Assembly (NCBI GenBank): GCA_963665125.2
Contig: CAXXUK010000002.1
Span: 864,001-928,000, forward strand
Length of the DNA: 64,000 nt
Reading direction: 5' to 3'
From: an uncultured Desulfarculus sp.
GTDB taxonomy: Bacteria; Desulfobacterota; Desulfarculia; Desulfarculales; Desulfarculaceae
Below the pieces are notes generated by a model that had not been told where the DNA came from, did no database searches, and saw only the letters and a list, made by a program, of their open reading frames with translations. Of this stretch, positions 51,197 through 60,497 are shown piece by piece. Both the position numbers and the translations under genes were made by a program. Position 1 is the first letter of the stretch; each line of letters opens with the position of its first letter.

Positions 51197-52086
51197 CAGC
51201 CTTTTTCCGGGGCGGCCCAATATACGATAGCCAGTTCGTGGCTGCTCCGGCTGGTTACCTGGCCGTTTTCAACATGGCGTTGCAATATCGTCTCGATCCG
51301 TTTGGATATTTCGGGGCCCTTTTTCCCGAAGATGGCAAAATAGCTGCGGTAAAACCGGGCCACCCGCTCAAAAGGAACCTGAAAAAGTTCATCCCATTGT
51401 AATTGGCGCAGGCTGGGTTGTCTATCGGTAGAAAGCAGCCAGTTCACGGCGCAGGACAGATGGTGGCCGCCCTTGGGGAACGGTTCGTCCAGGATATCTT
51501 CCCAAAGCTCCCGGCGGAACCGGTGGCCGTCGCCTCCGGCGCCCAGGACCAGGGCGCATTGCCCCGCGCTCCAGCGCTCCATGCGCTGTAAGCCATCCGG
51601 CGTCAGGGCCGGCGGAAAGCAGCCGGCCAGAACGAGGTCAAAGCCATGGCCCGGCTGAATGTCGCGCCAATCGCTGCGCACGGCCTCAATCTCCGCGACG
51701 CCGACTTGGGCCGCGTTGGCCGCCAGGGCCTCCAGCATACCCGCCGAGTTGTCCACGGCCAAAACACGCATGCCCCTTTGGGCCAGGGGTATGGCCGTGG
51801 TGCCCGGCCCGCAGCCGATATCCAATACGCGGGAGCCCGGAAAAATGATTTCCTGGCTCAGCAGATGATCGGCCACCCGTTGGCCCAAATCGCCGTCGCG
51901 GCCCCACATCTCCAGATAAATGCCGCTGACCTCATCGTAAAAATTATCCCAGGCCTCGGGGCTGACCTCTTGAGTGTTCTTCAGGAATGAATCCTTGTTG
52001 CCCTGGTTCCAGGCATCTTCCCAATATTGCGGGTCGTGGGGCCCCTGTTCGGGGATCAAGTTTCGGGTCTTGGCCGGTTGATTCAC
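51196..52086 (-). CDS. Class I SAM-dependent methyltransferase embedded in the ABC operon
   Basis: VLDIGCGPG motif I and AVDNSAGML; overlaps both neighbours. Confidence 0.88.
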   Translation of the reverse strand: MNQPAKTRNLIPEQGPHDPQYWEDAWNQGNKDSFLKNTQEVSPEAWDNFYDEVSGIYLEMWGRDGDLGQRVADHLLSQEIIFPGSRVLDIGCGPGTTAIPLAQRGMRVLAVDNSAGMLEALAANAAQVGVAEIEAVRSDWRDIQPGHGFDLVLAGCFPPALTPDGLQRMERWSAGQCALVLGAGGDGHRFRRELWEDILDEPFPKGGHHLSCAVNWLLSTDRQPSLRQLQWDELFQVPFERVARFYRSYFAIFGKKGPEISKRIETILQRHVENGQVTSRSSHELAIVYWAAPEKG

Positions 52087-53603
52087 TTTTTCTCCCAGAG
52101 CCGGGCGGCCCCAAGATCGGGCCGGAAGTTGTGATCCATGTAAAAACCCGGAACCGTGTCCCGGTGGGCATAGATGCTGATCTCGTGATAAAGCGGTATC
52201 AGCGGCATTTCGCTGCTGAATATCTCTTCCAAGCGAAGGTAGTCCTCCAGGCGCATTGCCGGATCGGTTTCGACGCGGCCTTTTTCAATGAGGGCGAAGG
52301 CCTCCATGTTTTGCCAGCCGCTGGAGGCGGGCGCTTCGGGGGCCAGGTAATAGGCGTAAAAAAAGTCGGGATCGCCGGTCATCAGGGTGTTGGGCTGCAA
52401 GGCGATGTCAAAGCGGCCTTCTCTGATGGACTGGTAGTAGCTGCCCGGCTCTTCGATGCGGATTTGCGAGGCCAGTCCCTGCCGTGACAGCCGTTCCTGG
52501 ATCAGTTGGGCCATATCCAGATAGGGCCAGCGTTGCAGGGTGCCGCCGTGCAGCAGAATGGTCAGTTCACGTCCCGTTGCCGGGGGCTTTTCACCGGGTC
52601 CCGGCTGGACCAGACCAAAGGCCCAGCGCCGGGCTATGCGGGCGTATGGGTCCTTGGCCGCCACCCCCGAATCGGGCACCAGGGCCTGCACCAGCTTTGG
52701 CGGATCGATGACCGCTGCCAGCCAACACCGGGCCACGGCCGTGTTCAGGGGCGCATTGGCGCAGTTGAGCAGGGCGTAGTGGGTGGTGGCCACTTCCTGT
52801 TTTTTAAGGACAACGCCAGGCCAGTCCTCCAGGTCCGGCACCTGTTCGGGCAGAATGCCCCCAACGTCGGCCACGGCCTGTATTTCACCAGCCTGCAAGG
52901 CCATCAACCGGGTCTGGGCGTCCGGGATGAATTTAAAAACCACTTTTTCAAAGCGCGGTTTGCCCAGCCAATGATCATCCACCCGGCTCAGCACGATCTC
53001 CCGGCCCGGCAGCACGGTTTCGGGCTTGTACGGCCCGGTGGAGATGAATTTTTTGATGCGCCCCTGTTCATCAAAGCACTCGGCCTTGAAAATGGGGCTG
53101 GCGTAGTAGGCCACCTGGTTGGGGAAATCCGGGGCAGGCCGTTTGAGGTGAAAAATCACTTCGTTCCCGGCGGCCTCCACCTTGGCCAAGTGGCGGAAAT
53201 TGGCCGTGGCGTCGTATTTGGGGCTTTCGGCGATGCGCCGCACGCTGGCCACCACGTCATCGGCCGTCAGGGGCGTGCCGTCGTGGAACTTGACGCCCTG
53301 GCGCAGGGTGAATGTCCACACCCGGCAGCCGTCCGATGAGCGCCAGCCCTTGGCCAGCCAGGGCACGGCCTCCAGCGAGGGGCCCAGGTAGGTCAGCGCC
53401 TCCCAGGTGTTGGTGGAGCCGTGTAGATAGGCCCTGCTGTCCGGGCCGTCATAAAAATCCCGTCCTACGCCGATGGTCAGATTTCGGGCCGCGGTGGGTT
53501 CCCCGGCAATGGCCGGAGAACCCGCCGGAACCCGGCAGGGTAGCAAGACAAACGCCGCCGCCAGAAGCAGCAGGACGATTTTATGTACCCAAGGTGACTT
53601 CAC
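52083..53603 (-). CDS. ABC substrate-binding protein, family 5 (NikA/OppA-like)
   Basis: Signal peptide, WTFTLRQGVKFHDGTPLTADDV, TGPYK and IPLYH. Confidence 0.92.
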   Translation of the reverse strand: MKSPWVHKIVLLLLAAAFVLLPCRVPAGSPAIAGEPTAARNLTIGVGRDFYDGPDSRAYLHGSTNTWEALTYLGPSLEAVPWLAKGWRSSDGCRVWTFTLRQGVKFHDGTPLTADDVVASVRRIAESPKYDATANFRHLAKVEAAGNEVIFHLKRPAPDFPNQVAYYASPIFKAECFDEQGRIKKFISTGPYKPETVLPGREIVLSRVDDHWLGKPRFEKVVFKFIPDAQTRLMALQAGEIQAVADVGGILPEQVPDLEDWPGVVLKKQEVATTHYALLNCANAPLNTAVARCWLAAVIDPPKLVQALVPDSGVAAKDPYARIARRWAFGLVQPGPGEKPPATGRELTILLHGGTLQRWPYLDMAQLIQERLSRQGLASQIRIEEPGSYYQSIREGRFDIALQPNTLMTGDPDFFYAYYLAPEAPASSGWQNMEAFALIEKGRVETDPAMRLEDYLRLEEIFSSEMPLIPLYHEISIYAHRDTVPGFYMDHNFRPDLGAARLWEKK

Positions 53604-53609
53604 GGGCGT

Positions 53610-55730
53610 TTACCAGGTGTAGCGCACGCCGACCATGGCTTCGCCGTAGAAGCCGGGGTTCACGTAAACGATTTCCGTGGCGTATTCCTGGTCAAAGATG
53701 TTCACCGCCGAAAGCGTGGTGTTCAGGGTCCAATGGTCGCTGAGCTTCCAGTCGCGCCAGATCTTGGCGTCCACGGTCTGGTACGCCTCCATGTGGTAAT
53801 ACGGCAGATCTTCGTTGTTGTCGGTGTAGTACCTGTCGCCGGAGTAGCGGAACAGAATTTCGCCGTTGACGATCTCCGGGTTGCTGTAGCGCAGGCCCAC
53901 GCTGCCCCAATAGTCCGGGGAGTTGCGCAGCTGGTTGCCCTCGTTATCCGGATTGGTCTGGTCTTCGACGATCCGGGAGTGGTTGAGGGTGGCCGCCGCG
54001 AAGAACAGGAAGTGCTCGCTCAGGGGCTGGTTCAGCGACAACTCCAGGCCGTAGATCTCGGCCTCGCCGATGTTGCGGGTCTTGATCAGGGTGGTGTTGG
54101 GCACCGTGGGGTGGTCTTCATAGGTGTAGGCCATGATGTCGCGGATGCGGCCATAGTAGACCGTGGCCTTGAACAGGGTCTGCCACTTGTTCAGGGTGAC
54201 GTCCGTCCCCAGGTCAACCATCCAGGTCTTTTCCGGGTCCAGGTCCGGGTTGGCCTCGCGCCAGGTGGAGCCGGTGTTCATGTTCTGGAAGAACCATTTG
54301 GGGTTGCCGGGCCAATAGGCCGTACCGGCGTTGGCCCGCAGGGCGACCATATCGTTAACCCGGTACTTGACGCCGCCGCGGTAGGTCACATGGTCTTTCT
54401 TGACGGCGTCGGGCTCCTTGTCGCTGGAGCCGGAGTCATAGATGTCGTGATAGCGCCAATAGTCATAGCGCACGCCGGCCAGCAGGCTCAGACGGTCATC
54501 CAGGAAAAAGGCCTGGTCCTGCAAATACACCGCCGCCATGTCGGTAGTCAGCTCGTACTTGTAGGTCTGGGTGCTGGTGGTGCCCGCGTACATGTAGTTC
54601 TTTTCTTTTTCCTGGGCAAAGGACACGCCGGCGGTCAGCACGTTGCTCTGGCCCAGGTAGAAGTCGCTCTGGACCTCGAAGGGCACCCGGTGGCGGTCCC
54701 AGTCGGTGGTGCTGGTGATGGTGTCGTTGAGCACCACCCTGCCGTTGACCAGCGACAGGCCGGTGGTCTCCTGGCTGGGAATGGACTGGTACTGATAGCC
54801 GGTGGTCACCGTCAGCTTGCCCCAATCGCTCAGCGGCGAGGTGAAGCGCAGGCTGGAGACGACCGTATCGCCGTTGTCATTGATGATGTAGTTGGACTGG
54901 CCGCCGTAGAGATAGCGCTGCTGATAGTTGATGGCGGCGGTCAGGGTCATGCCGTTGCTGCCTTCCCATCCGGCTTTGCCGGCCAGGTAGGTGTAGCGGA
55001 ACTCGTTGTCCTCCAGCGAAGCCTGCTTGACATAGCTTTTGACGCCCCGGTTGTAGAGGTCGATCATGCCGTCCAGGGGCTTCATCTGGTAGCCGTCGGA
55101 ATATTCTCCGCTGTAGCTGAGGTAATAATTGAAGTTGCCCACCTTGTCGCCTACCGCGGCATGGGGCTTGAAAGTGTTGCGCGAGCCGTAGGCGATGGAG
55201 CCCACCGCGCCCATGCCCTCTTGGCCGCTACGGGTGATGATGTTCACCGCGCCGCCGGCCGCGCTGGCACCGTACAGGGCCGAAGACGGGCCCAGCACCA
55301 CGTCAACCTGTTGGATATCATTGGGGTTGACGGCCACTGACAGGAATTGATGCAAAGGTATGCCGTCGACCAGATACACCGAACGCTGAAGGAAATGGCC
55401 CGTGCCGCGCAGATGCACCCACGGCGGTCCCCAGGGGTAGTACTGGGCCACGTGCACGCCGGGTACATCGCGGATGAACTCGCCGAAGTTGTTCATGAAA
55501 TAATTGGGCTGGTAGTCGATGTCGGTGCGGTCCACGGTGTAGGCGTCAACCGGAGAAAGTTCCGGATTCACGTCCGTCTTGGTGGACGTGACCGTCATAT
55601 CCTCAATAATGGTTTTGTTTTTAACATCTTGAGCGTCCGTCTCCACGGCCGCCCAAGCCGCGCCGCTGGCCAGCGCCAACATGACCAGCGTAGCAATGAT
55701 TGTTACGAATCCCTTACCTCTCCAACTCAT
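53610..55730 (-). CDS. TonB-dependent outer-membrane receptor 1
   Basis: Signal peptide, TonB-box-like DMTVT, plug motifs (DVPGV, GPSSALYG..GGAVNIIT), NPDLDPEK and C-terminal RYTW. Confidence 0.93.
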   Translation of the reverse strand: MSWRGKGFVTIIATLVMLALASGAAWAAVETDAQDVKNKTIIEDMTVTSTKTDVNPELSPVDAYTVDRTDIDYQPNYFMNNFGEFIRDVPGVHVAQYYPWGPPWVHLRGTGHFLQRSVYLVDGIPLHQFLSVAVNPNDIQQVDVVLGPSSALYGASAAGGAVNIITRSGQEGMGAVGSIAYGSRNTFKPHAAVGDKVGNFNYYLSYSGEYSDGYQMKPLDGMIDLYNRGVKSYVKQASLEDNEFRYTYLAGKAGWEGSNGMTLTAAINYQQRYLYGGQSNYIINDNGDTVVSSLRFTSPLSDWGKLTVTTGYQYQSIPSQETTGLSLVNGRVVLNDTITSTTDWDRHRVPFEVQSDFYLGQSNVLTAGVSFAQEKEKNYMYAGTTSTQTYKYELTTDMAAVYLQDQAFFLDDRLSLLAGVRYDYWRYHDIYDSGSSDKEPDAVKKDHVTYRGGVKYRVNDMVALRANAGTAYWPGNPKWFFQNMNTGSTWREANPDLDPEKTWMVDLGTDVTLNKWQTLFKATVYYGRIRDIMAYTYEDHPTVPNTTLIKTRNIGEAEIYGLELSLNQPLSEHFLFFAAATLNHSRIVEDQTNPDNEGNQLRNSPDYWGSVGLRYSNPEIVNGEILFRYSGDRYYTDNNEDLPYYHMEAYQTVDAKIWRDWKLSDHWTLNTTLSAVNIFDQEYATEIVYVNPGFYGEAMVGVRYTW

Positions 55731-55760
55731 TTTTCGTGTCTTTCCTATTGGCACAAACGC

Positions 55761-55830
55761 AAAAAAGCCGCACCTCTTCTATGAGGTCGGCCTTCTTGAC
55801 CGGCGTTCCGCCAGGCGTCGTGCGCCTATT
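55761..55830 (-). promoter_or_regulatory. Leader attenuator or candidate cis-regulatory RNA (L1)
   Basis: Terminator GCCGACCTC-ATAGAA-GAGGTGCGGC-TTTTTT between a TTGACA promoter (55915-55920) and the receptor RBS. Shares motifs with L2. Confidence 0.6.
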
Positions 55831-55976
55831 ATGTCAAATTCAACTTGCTGCTTCTGCTTGAGGGTTGAGCTTCTGCCCGGATAATTGAAAACTCATAACC
55901 AAATAAACAGACCGTGTCAAGGACCGCCGGCCGCGGCCCTGGTCTATTTTTCGGTCAACACCCCGAGCCTCCGGTA

Positions 55977-56022
55977 TTTGATCATGCCCCTTCGCCCTGC
56001 CGGGCAAAGGGGCATGATCAAA
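55977..56022. repeat. Near-perfect 46-bp palindrome
   Basis: TTTGATCATGCCCCTTCGCCC-TGCC-GGGCAAAGGGGCATGATCAAA. Confidence 0.8.
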
Positions 56023-56057
56023 AAAACATCTATTTTTCAGGCAATTAGCCTGTCAAT

Positions 56058-57125
56058 CTACTCTGCTTGTACCTGCGGCCCCAGCAGTTTTGCCAGGGGA
56101 TTGGCCCCCAACCCTATTATCTCAGTCAGTTCTTCGTTGCCGTTGATTTCGCCTTGTTTGTAGATGCTCACGAAGTCTTCCGGCTTGTCCAGTCTGCTCA
56201 GGAAAAACCGGTCATAGGCGTTGTGCAGCCACGGCTTGCCCCGCCAATCCAGCTTTAAATCCGGCATGCCCATGAACTTGCGGAAATCGTCGTGTCGCCA
56301 GTCAAAGCTGAGCACATAGGCCTGGCCCTTCTTGATCTTGGGGTTGTAGCGCACCACCACCCCGCCGAGCTTGTCGTAATTTTTGTCGGCGGTCTGCCAA
56401 TTCTTGGACCAGTGATAGGACATGGTCACATAGCCGTGGGTGCCCGGAGTCAGGCGCATGTAGTCGATGATGTAGTCGTCCTGGCACCAGGCCGGAGCGC
56501 CCACGTACACGTAATGCTCGCCCGGTTGCAGTGGGATGTTCTTTTCGATGAAACGGGTGGTGAAATACCCGGTGAACACGCCGCAGCAGAGGTGGCCGTG
56601 AATAAGCGCCGCCCGCATGATATCTTCGGGCAGGCCCATGGCCCAGCCGTTGGCCAGGGTGACCAGGTTGAAGGCCATGTGGCCGTAGGCCTTCATAAAA
56701 GGCTCAAAGGAAGTGCCCTTGCCGATGAATATGTTCAGGGCGGGCTGCATCTTGACGGAGCCGTTTTCCACCACCCCGTACGACGCCAGCAGTTTTTCCG
56801 GGCCCGACTTTTTGATGAACATGAAATACAGGGGCTGGCCGGGTTTGCCGGGCCGCACCAGCAGGTTGCCCCGGCCCACGCTTATGGGCGTTTGGTCGGC
56901 CAACATGTCCAGGACCGCCAGGGTGCTCTGGCCGTTGTATTGGGCATACCCGGCGTTGGTCAGGCAGGCCACGTACTCCGGGTTGTCCAGTTTGCCCAGC
57001 TTATCCCCGGCCTGCTCCACGGCGCTTTGGACCACGTCCGGCAAGGCCCCGGCCTGGGCGGCAAAGCAAAGCCCGGCCGCCAGCAGGGCGGTCAACGCGG
57101 CTATGCGCATCAGTTTTAAAAACAT
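56058..57125 (-). CDS. Exported FmdE-family protein
   Basis: Signal peptide, HGHLCCGVFTGY (FmdE HGHxC motif) and WCQDD. Confidence 0.8.
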   Translation of the reverse strand: MFLKLMRIAALTALLAAGLCFAAQAGALPDVVQSAVEQAGDKLGKLDNPEYVACLTNAGYAQYNGQSTLAVLDMLADQTPISVGRGNLLVRPGKPGQPLYFMFIKKSGPEKLLASYGVVENGSVKMQPALNIFIGKGTSFEPFMKAYGHMAFNLVTLANGWAMGLPEDIMRAALIHGHLCCGVFTGYFTTRFIEKNIPLQPGEHYVYVGAPAWCQDDYIIDYMRLTPGTHGYVTMSYHWSKNWQTADKNYDKLGGVVVRYNPKIKKGQAYVLSFDWRHDDFRKFMGMPDLKLDWRGKPWLHNAYDRFFLSRLDKPEDFVSIYKQGEINGNEELTEIIGLGANPLAKLLGPQVQAE

Positions 57126-57127
57126 CG

Positions 57128-57736
57128 CTAATCCTCGTAGTGGGGGGCAAGGATGTCCTTGCCGTCAAAGAACATGGCCCCGTACGGTTCGAAGGCGCCA
57201 AGGTCCTTGAGCGTCACGAAGCGCATGCCCTTGTTGTTTTGCAACATCATCAGCGGCTGGGCCTTTTCCGGATCAAAGCCGCCGTTTTCATCCAGGCATC
57301 CGTCGTCGAACTCCAGGTTCACCACCCGGCCCAGGATCAGCACATGGGATTTCTCCACGTACTGTTTGACCAACTCACACTCCAGCCAGGCGATGCAGCC
57401 GTCAACCCCCGGCGGGGCCACAACCTTGGAGGCGCGGGGTGTCAGCCCGGCCACCTCGAATTCGCTGACCTCGGGCGGATGGGCCTGAGCCGTTGGTATC
57501 ACCTTGTCGACCATGGCGGCCGGGGGCACGCTGATGACGAACTGCCCGTTGGCCCGGATGTTTTTCAGGGTGTCGCGCTTGTGCCAGGAGGCCACGCAGA
57601 CCAGGTCCGTAGGCCGCAGCACGGCCATCAGGTTGGAATACGGGGCCACGTTGAGTACGCCCTTTTCATCCTGGGTGGACAAAAACGCCACCAAGCCTGG
57701 GAAGGCGAATTCTCTCTTGAACGGTTTGGCCTGCAT
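57128..57736 (-). CDS. Flavin reductase-like (flavoredoxin-type) FMN-binding protein
   Basis: NVAPYS, DTLKNI..GQFVI, SEFEVAGLT and WLECEL. Confidence 0.88.
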   Translation of the reverse strand: MQAKPFKREFAFPGLVAFLSTQDEKGVLNVAPYSNLMAVLRPTDLVCVASWHKRDTLKNIRANGQFVISVPPAAMVDKVIPTAQAHPPEVSEFEVAGLTPRASKVVAPPGVDGCIAWLECELVKQYVEKSHVLILGRVVNLEFDDGCLDENGGFDPEKAQPLMMLQNNKGMRFVTLKDLGAFEPYGAMFFDGKDILAPHYED

Positions 57737-57748
57737 GGACCAACTCCT

Positions 57749-59875
57749 CTAATACAGGTAACGAATGCCGCCGATGACCGTGCAACCGGGCATGGGGTAG
57801 CCGGCTTCCAGTTCGTAATCCTGATCCAAAAGGTTCTCGGCGCTGGCCACCAGTTCCCACTTGCCCCAGTCGGTGTCGGCCAGGCGGTAGGTGGCGTAGG
57901 CGTTGAGCAGCACGTAGGAGCCCAGTTCATGCAGCGTCTTGTTGCTCAGGTAATCGCGTTTGCCCACAAAGTGCATGTTAATGCCGATGTTGAACTTCTC
58001 CGGCAAGCGGTAGTCCAGGCCCACGTTGGCCATGACCTCGGGGAAGTTTGGCAACTGGGCCTCGGACTGGTTGGCGCTGTCCCAGGGATCGCCTTCCTTT
58101 TCGGCATCCTGCAAAGTCAGGTTGCCCCAGAGATGCAGGTTCCAGGGCAGCTTGACGGCGGCCTCAAACTCGGCGCCCTTGATATCGACTTGGTCGATAT
58201 TGTAGACCACCGTGCCGACGCCGGAGACCGTGGTGGACGCCAGGTAGTTGTCCACCTTGTAGTAGTAGGCCCTGGCCGCCAATACGGCACGGTTGCCTAT
58301 GCGCTGTTCGATGCCCAGCTCATACTGCAAGGCCTTTTCCGGCTCCAGGGAGGTATTGAAGAACCCGCTGCCCTTGTTGAGGTACCACCAGAAATACTCC
58401 GGCGAGTTGGGGTAACGATGGGCGATGCCCACCCGCAGGCCGATGACGGCGCCTTCCCAGGCGTTGTAGCGGATGGCCATGCGCGGGTCCACGCTGCTTT
58501 CAGAAAGGCTGGTGGCCTGAGCCGTGGCCGGGAATCCGAAGGCCGCCGGATCGATCTCCTTGGCCTCGAACCACTCTCCGCGCAGGCCGAATTCGATCTC
58601 CAGATTCTGCAGGGCCTGCCAGGTGTCCTGGGCGTATACGGCGTTGTATTGCAGGCAGTCGGGCTGGCCCTCGAAACCTTGGCTGACAAAGCTGAAGTAG
58701 TTGATCGAGCCGTTGAACTGGCTGCGGTCGATATAGGGCACGGTCTGGTCGCCCCAGCCATAGGTGCGGGTCTCGCCGCCGATCTCAATGGTATGGTCGC
58801 CCAGGGTGTAGTCGAAATCGGCCATTATCTGCCAGTTGTTGTCTTCCGGCGTGGTGTCGCGCTCGTAGATCTTGCCGCCGCCGTCAGTGCTGTTGTAGTA
58901 GGTCTCCTTGGTTTCCTGATTCCACAACATGCCTTTGACCGTAAACGATCCGGCCTCGAACTTCTTTTTGACAAAGGCCGTGTACAGCGTGTTGGTGTCG
59001 GTCATTTCGGTGTCATTGCCCCAGCCGAGGACGCCCCGGATCAGGCGCCCGCTGACGCCCGGCCCGCCCAGTTCCTTTTGGTCGGCGTCGGGCTTGTCGC
59101 CGTCGTAGTAGGGGCTATCGGTGCGGTTGTAGACGGGCATGCCGGTCTTGCCGTCGCTGTAGTAAATCGACGCGCCGGCCTCCATCTGCCAGGGCAGGTC
59201 AAAGGTGAGCTGGCCGGAGATGTTGTTGCGGTCGGCGTAATTGTTGCGCAGGTAACCATCGGACTGGTAGTGCCCCGCCGAGATGGACCAGCCAACCGGG
59301 CCCAGCTTCATACGATGGGCCGCGTTGACGTTGAGGGTGTCAAAGCTGCCGTAGGTGGCCTGGACCGTGGCATCGGGTTTTTCGGTGGGTTTTTTGGTGA
59401 TGATGTTGATGACGCCGCCCAGGGTGTTGCCATATTTCACGGGCACCGAGCCGCGCATGATCTCGATATTTTCAACCCATTCCGGTGAAATGGTGCTCCA
59501 ATCCACCGGGCCGTTGCCGTATGAGCCGTCCCGCTGGATGGGCATTCCGTCGACCATGACCCGGAACCGGGTTTGGTTGAAGCCCCTGAGCCGGACCTCG
59601 GCCTCCTTGTTGCCGAACAGCGACGTGCCCAGGATCTGCACGCCTGCCTGGCCCAGCAGGGAGTCGATCACCGAACCGGACATGGTCGGCCGCTCGATGA
59701 CTTCTTGATAAATTACCGAATCACCCAGGGCGTCGTCGGTGACACCCGTGCCCTGCACCCAGACATCTTCCATTTTCTGGGTTTGTTGCTGCTGTTGTTC
59801 TTCTTCCGCCCATGCAGGCAACGCCACAAGGGCGGCGCATATTGCGATGATGACCAGATATGTAGCTTTACGCAT
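57749..59875 (-). CDS. TonB-dependent outer-membrane receptor 2
   Basis: Signal peptide, RLRGF, IEIMRG..YGNTLGGVINIITKK, LEPEKA, ENLLDQDY and C-terminal RYLY. Confidence 0.93.
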   Translation of the reverse strand: MRKATYLVIIAICAALVALPAWAEEEQQQQQTQKMEDVWVQGTGVTDDALGDSVIYQEVIERPTMSGSVIDSLLGQAGVQILGTSLFGNKEAEVRLRGFNQTRFRVMVDGMPIQRDGSYGNGPVDWSTISPEWVENIEIMRGSVPVKYGNTLGGVINIITKKPTEKPDATVQATYGSFDTLNVNAAHRMKLGPVGWSISAGHYQSDGYLRNNYADRNNISGQLTFDLPWQMEAGASIYYSDGKTGMPVYNRTDSPYYDGDKPDADQKELGGPGVSGRLIRGVLGWGNDTEMTDTNTLYTAFVKKKFEAGSFTVKGMLWNQETKETYYNSTDGGGKIYERDTTPEDNNWQIMADFDYTLGDHTIEIGGETRTYGWGDQTVPYIDRSQFNGSINYFSFVSQGFEGQPDCLQYNAVYAQDTWQALQNLEIEFGLRGEWFEAKEIDPAAFGFPATAQATSLSESSVDPRMAIRYNAWEGAVIGLRVGIAHRYPNSPEYFWWYLNKGSGFFNTSLEPEKALQYELGIEQRIGNRAVLAARAYYYKVDNYLASTTVSGVGTVVYNIDQVDIKGAEFEAAVKLPWNLHLWGNLTLQDAEKEGDPWDSANQSEAQLPNFPEVMANVGLDYRLPEKFNIGINMHFVGKRDYLSNKTLHELGSYVLLNAYATYRLADTDWGKWELVASAENLLDQDYELEAGYPMPGCTVIGGIRYLY

Positions 59876-59894
59876 TTCCCCTCTCCTCGAAAAC

Positions 59895-59964
59895 AAAAAG
59901 GCCCGAACCCCTTTCAATGGGGCCTCGGACCTTCATGGTCGCCGCCGAAAACGGTATGGGCCTG
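59895..59964 (-). promoter_or_regulatory. Leader attenuator or candidate cis-regulatory RNA (L2)
   Basis: Terminator AAGGTCCGAGGCCCC-ATTGAAA-GGGGTTCGGGCC-TTTTT just before the GAGGAG RBS. Shares motifs with L1. Confidence 0.6.
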
Positions 59965-59972
59965 TCTTGGCT

Positions 59973-60497
59973 TTAAGCCGTGCTGTGATGAACTATGATC
60001 AGGCTGCAACCCTCAGCCGACCGGATCGAGTGCTCTTGCAGTGCCCGAAAGGAGATTGCCTGGCCGTGTCTCAAATCATAGGCCCGGCCGCCGACTTCTA
60101 TTTCCAAGCTTCCGGAAAGCACCATCATTGTTTCTTGCGTATTTTCATGAATCTGGGGGTCAAAAGACGCCCCGGCTCCAGGTTCCACCTTCAGATGGAA
60201 TATTTCCGCGCCCGGCAGCACCAGACGGCTGCCCTCCATTCCATTTATGGCAAAAGGCTGGGCTTCATAGACAGTGGCCTGGCTGTTCTCAACCATGGCC
60301 AGCAAGGCGGTTGCAGTCATGCCCAACACGCCGGAAATCGCGCCCAGGGTGCCGAGGGTCGGATTGGCCTTGCCGCTTTCTATCTTGGCCACGGTGGACC
60401 GGGTCAAATTGGCCTGACGGGCCATCTCTTCAGCGGTAAAGCCGCGTTTTTTCCTCAGGTTACTAATAACCGTAAGATCAAAGCCGTTCTCAGCCAT
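59973..60497 (-). CDS. XRE-family HTH regulator with a C-terminal cupin domain
   Basis: LRKKRGFT..AKIESGKANPTL HTH, and HENTQE..VLSG..HSI cupin motif. Confidence 0.9.
   Translation of the reverse strand: MAENGFDLTVISNLRKKRGFTAEEMARQANLTRSTVAKIESGKANPTLGTLGAISGVLGMTATALLAMVENSQATVYEAQPFAINGMEGSRLVLPGAEIFHLKVEPGAGASFDPQIHENTQETMMVLSGSLEIEVGGRAYDLRHGQAISFRALQEHSIRSAEGCSLIIVHHSTA

Noticed and set aside
55731..55920. Cobalamin riboswitch upstream of the TonB receptors
   Set aside because: No recognisable B12-box or conserved cobalamin aptamer core, and the L2 leader is too short. Not confirmed by an Rfam scan.
57140..59488. Long plus-strand ORFs (782 aa here; also 43702-45462, 53733-55340, 40238-41794 and 12767-14320)
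   Set aside because: These are antisense shadows of well-supported minus-strand genes in GC-rich DNA, with no recognisable motifs.
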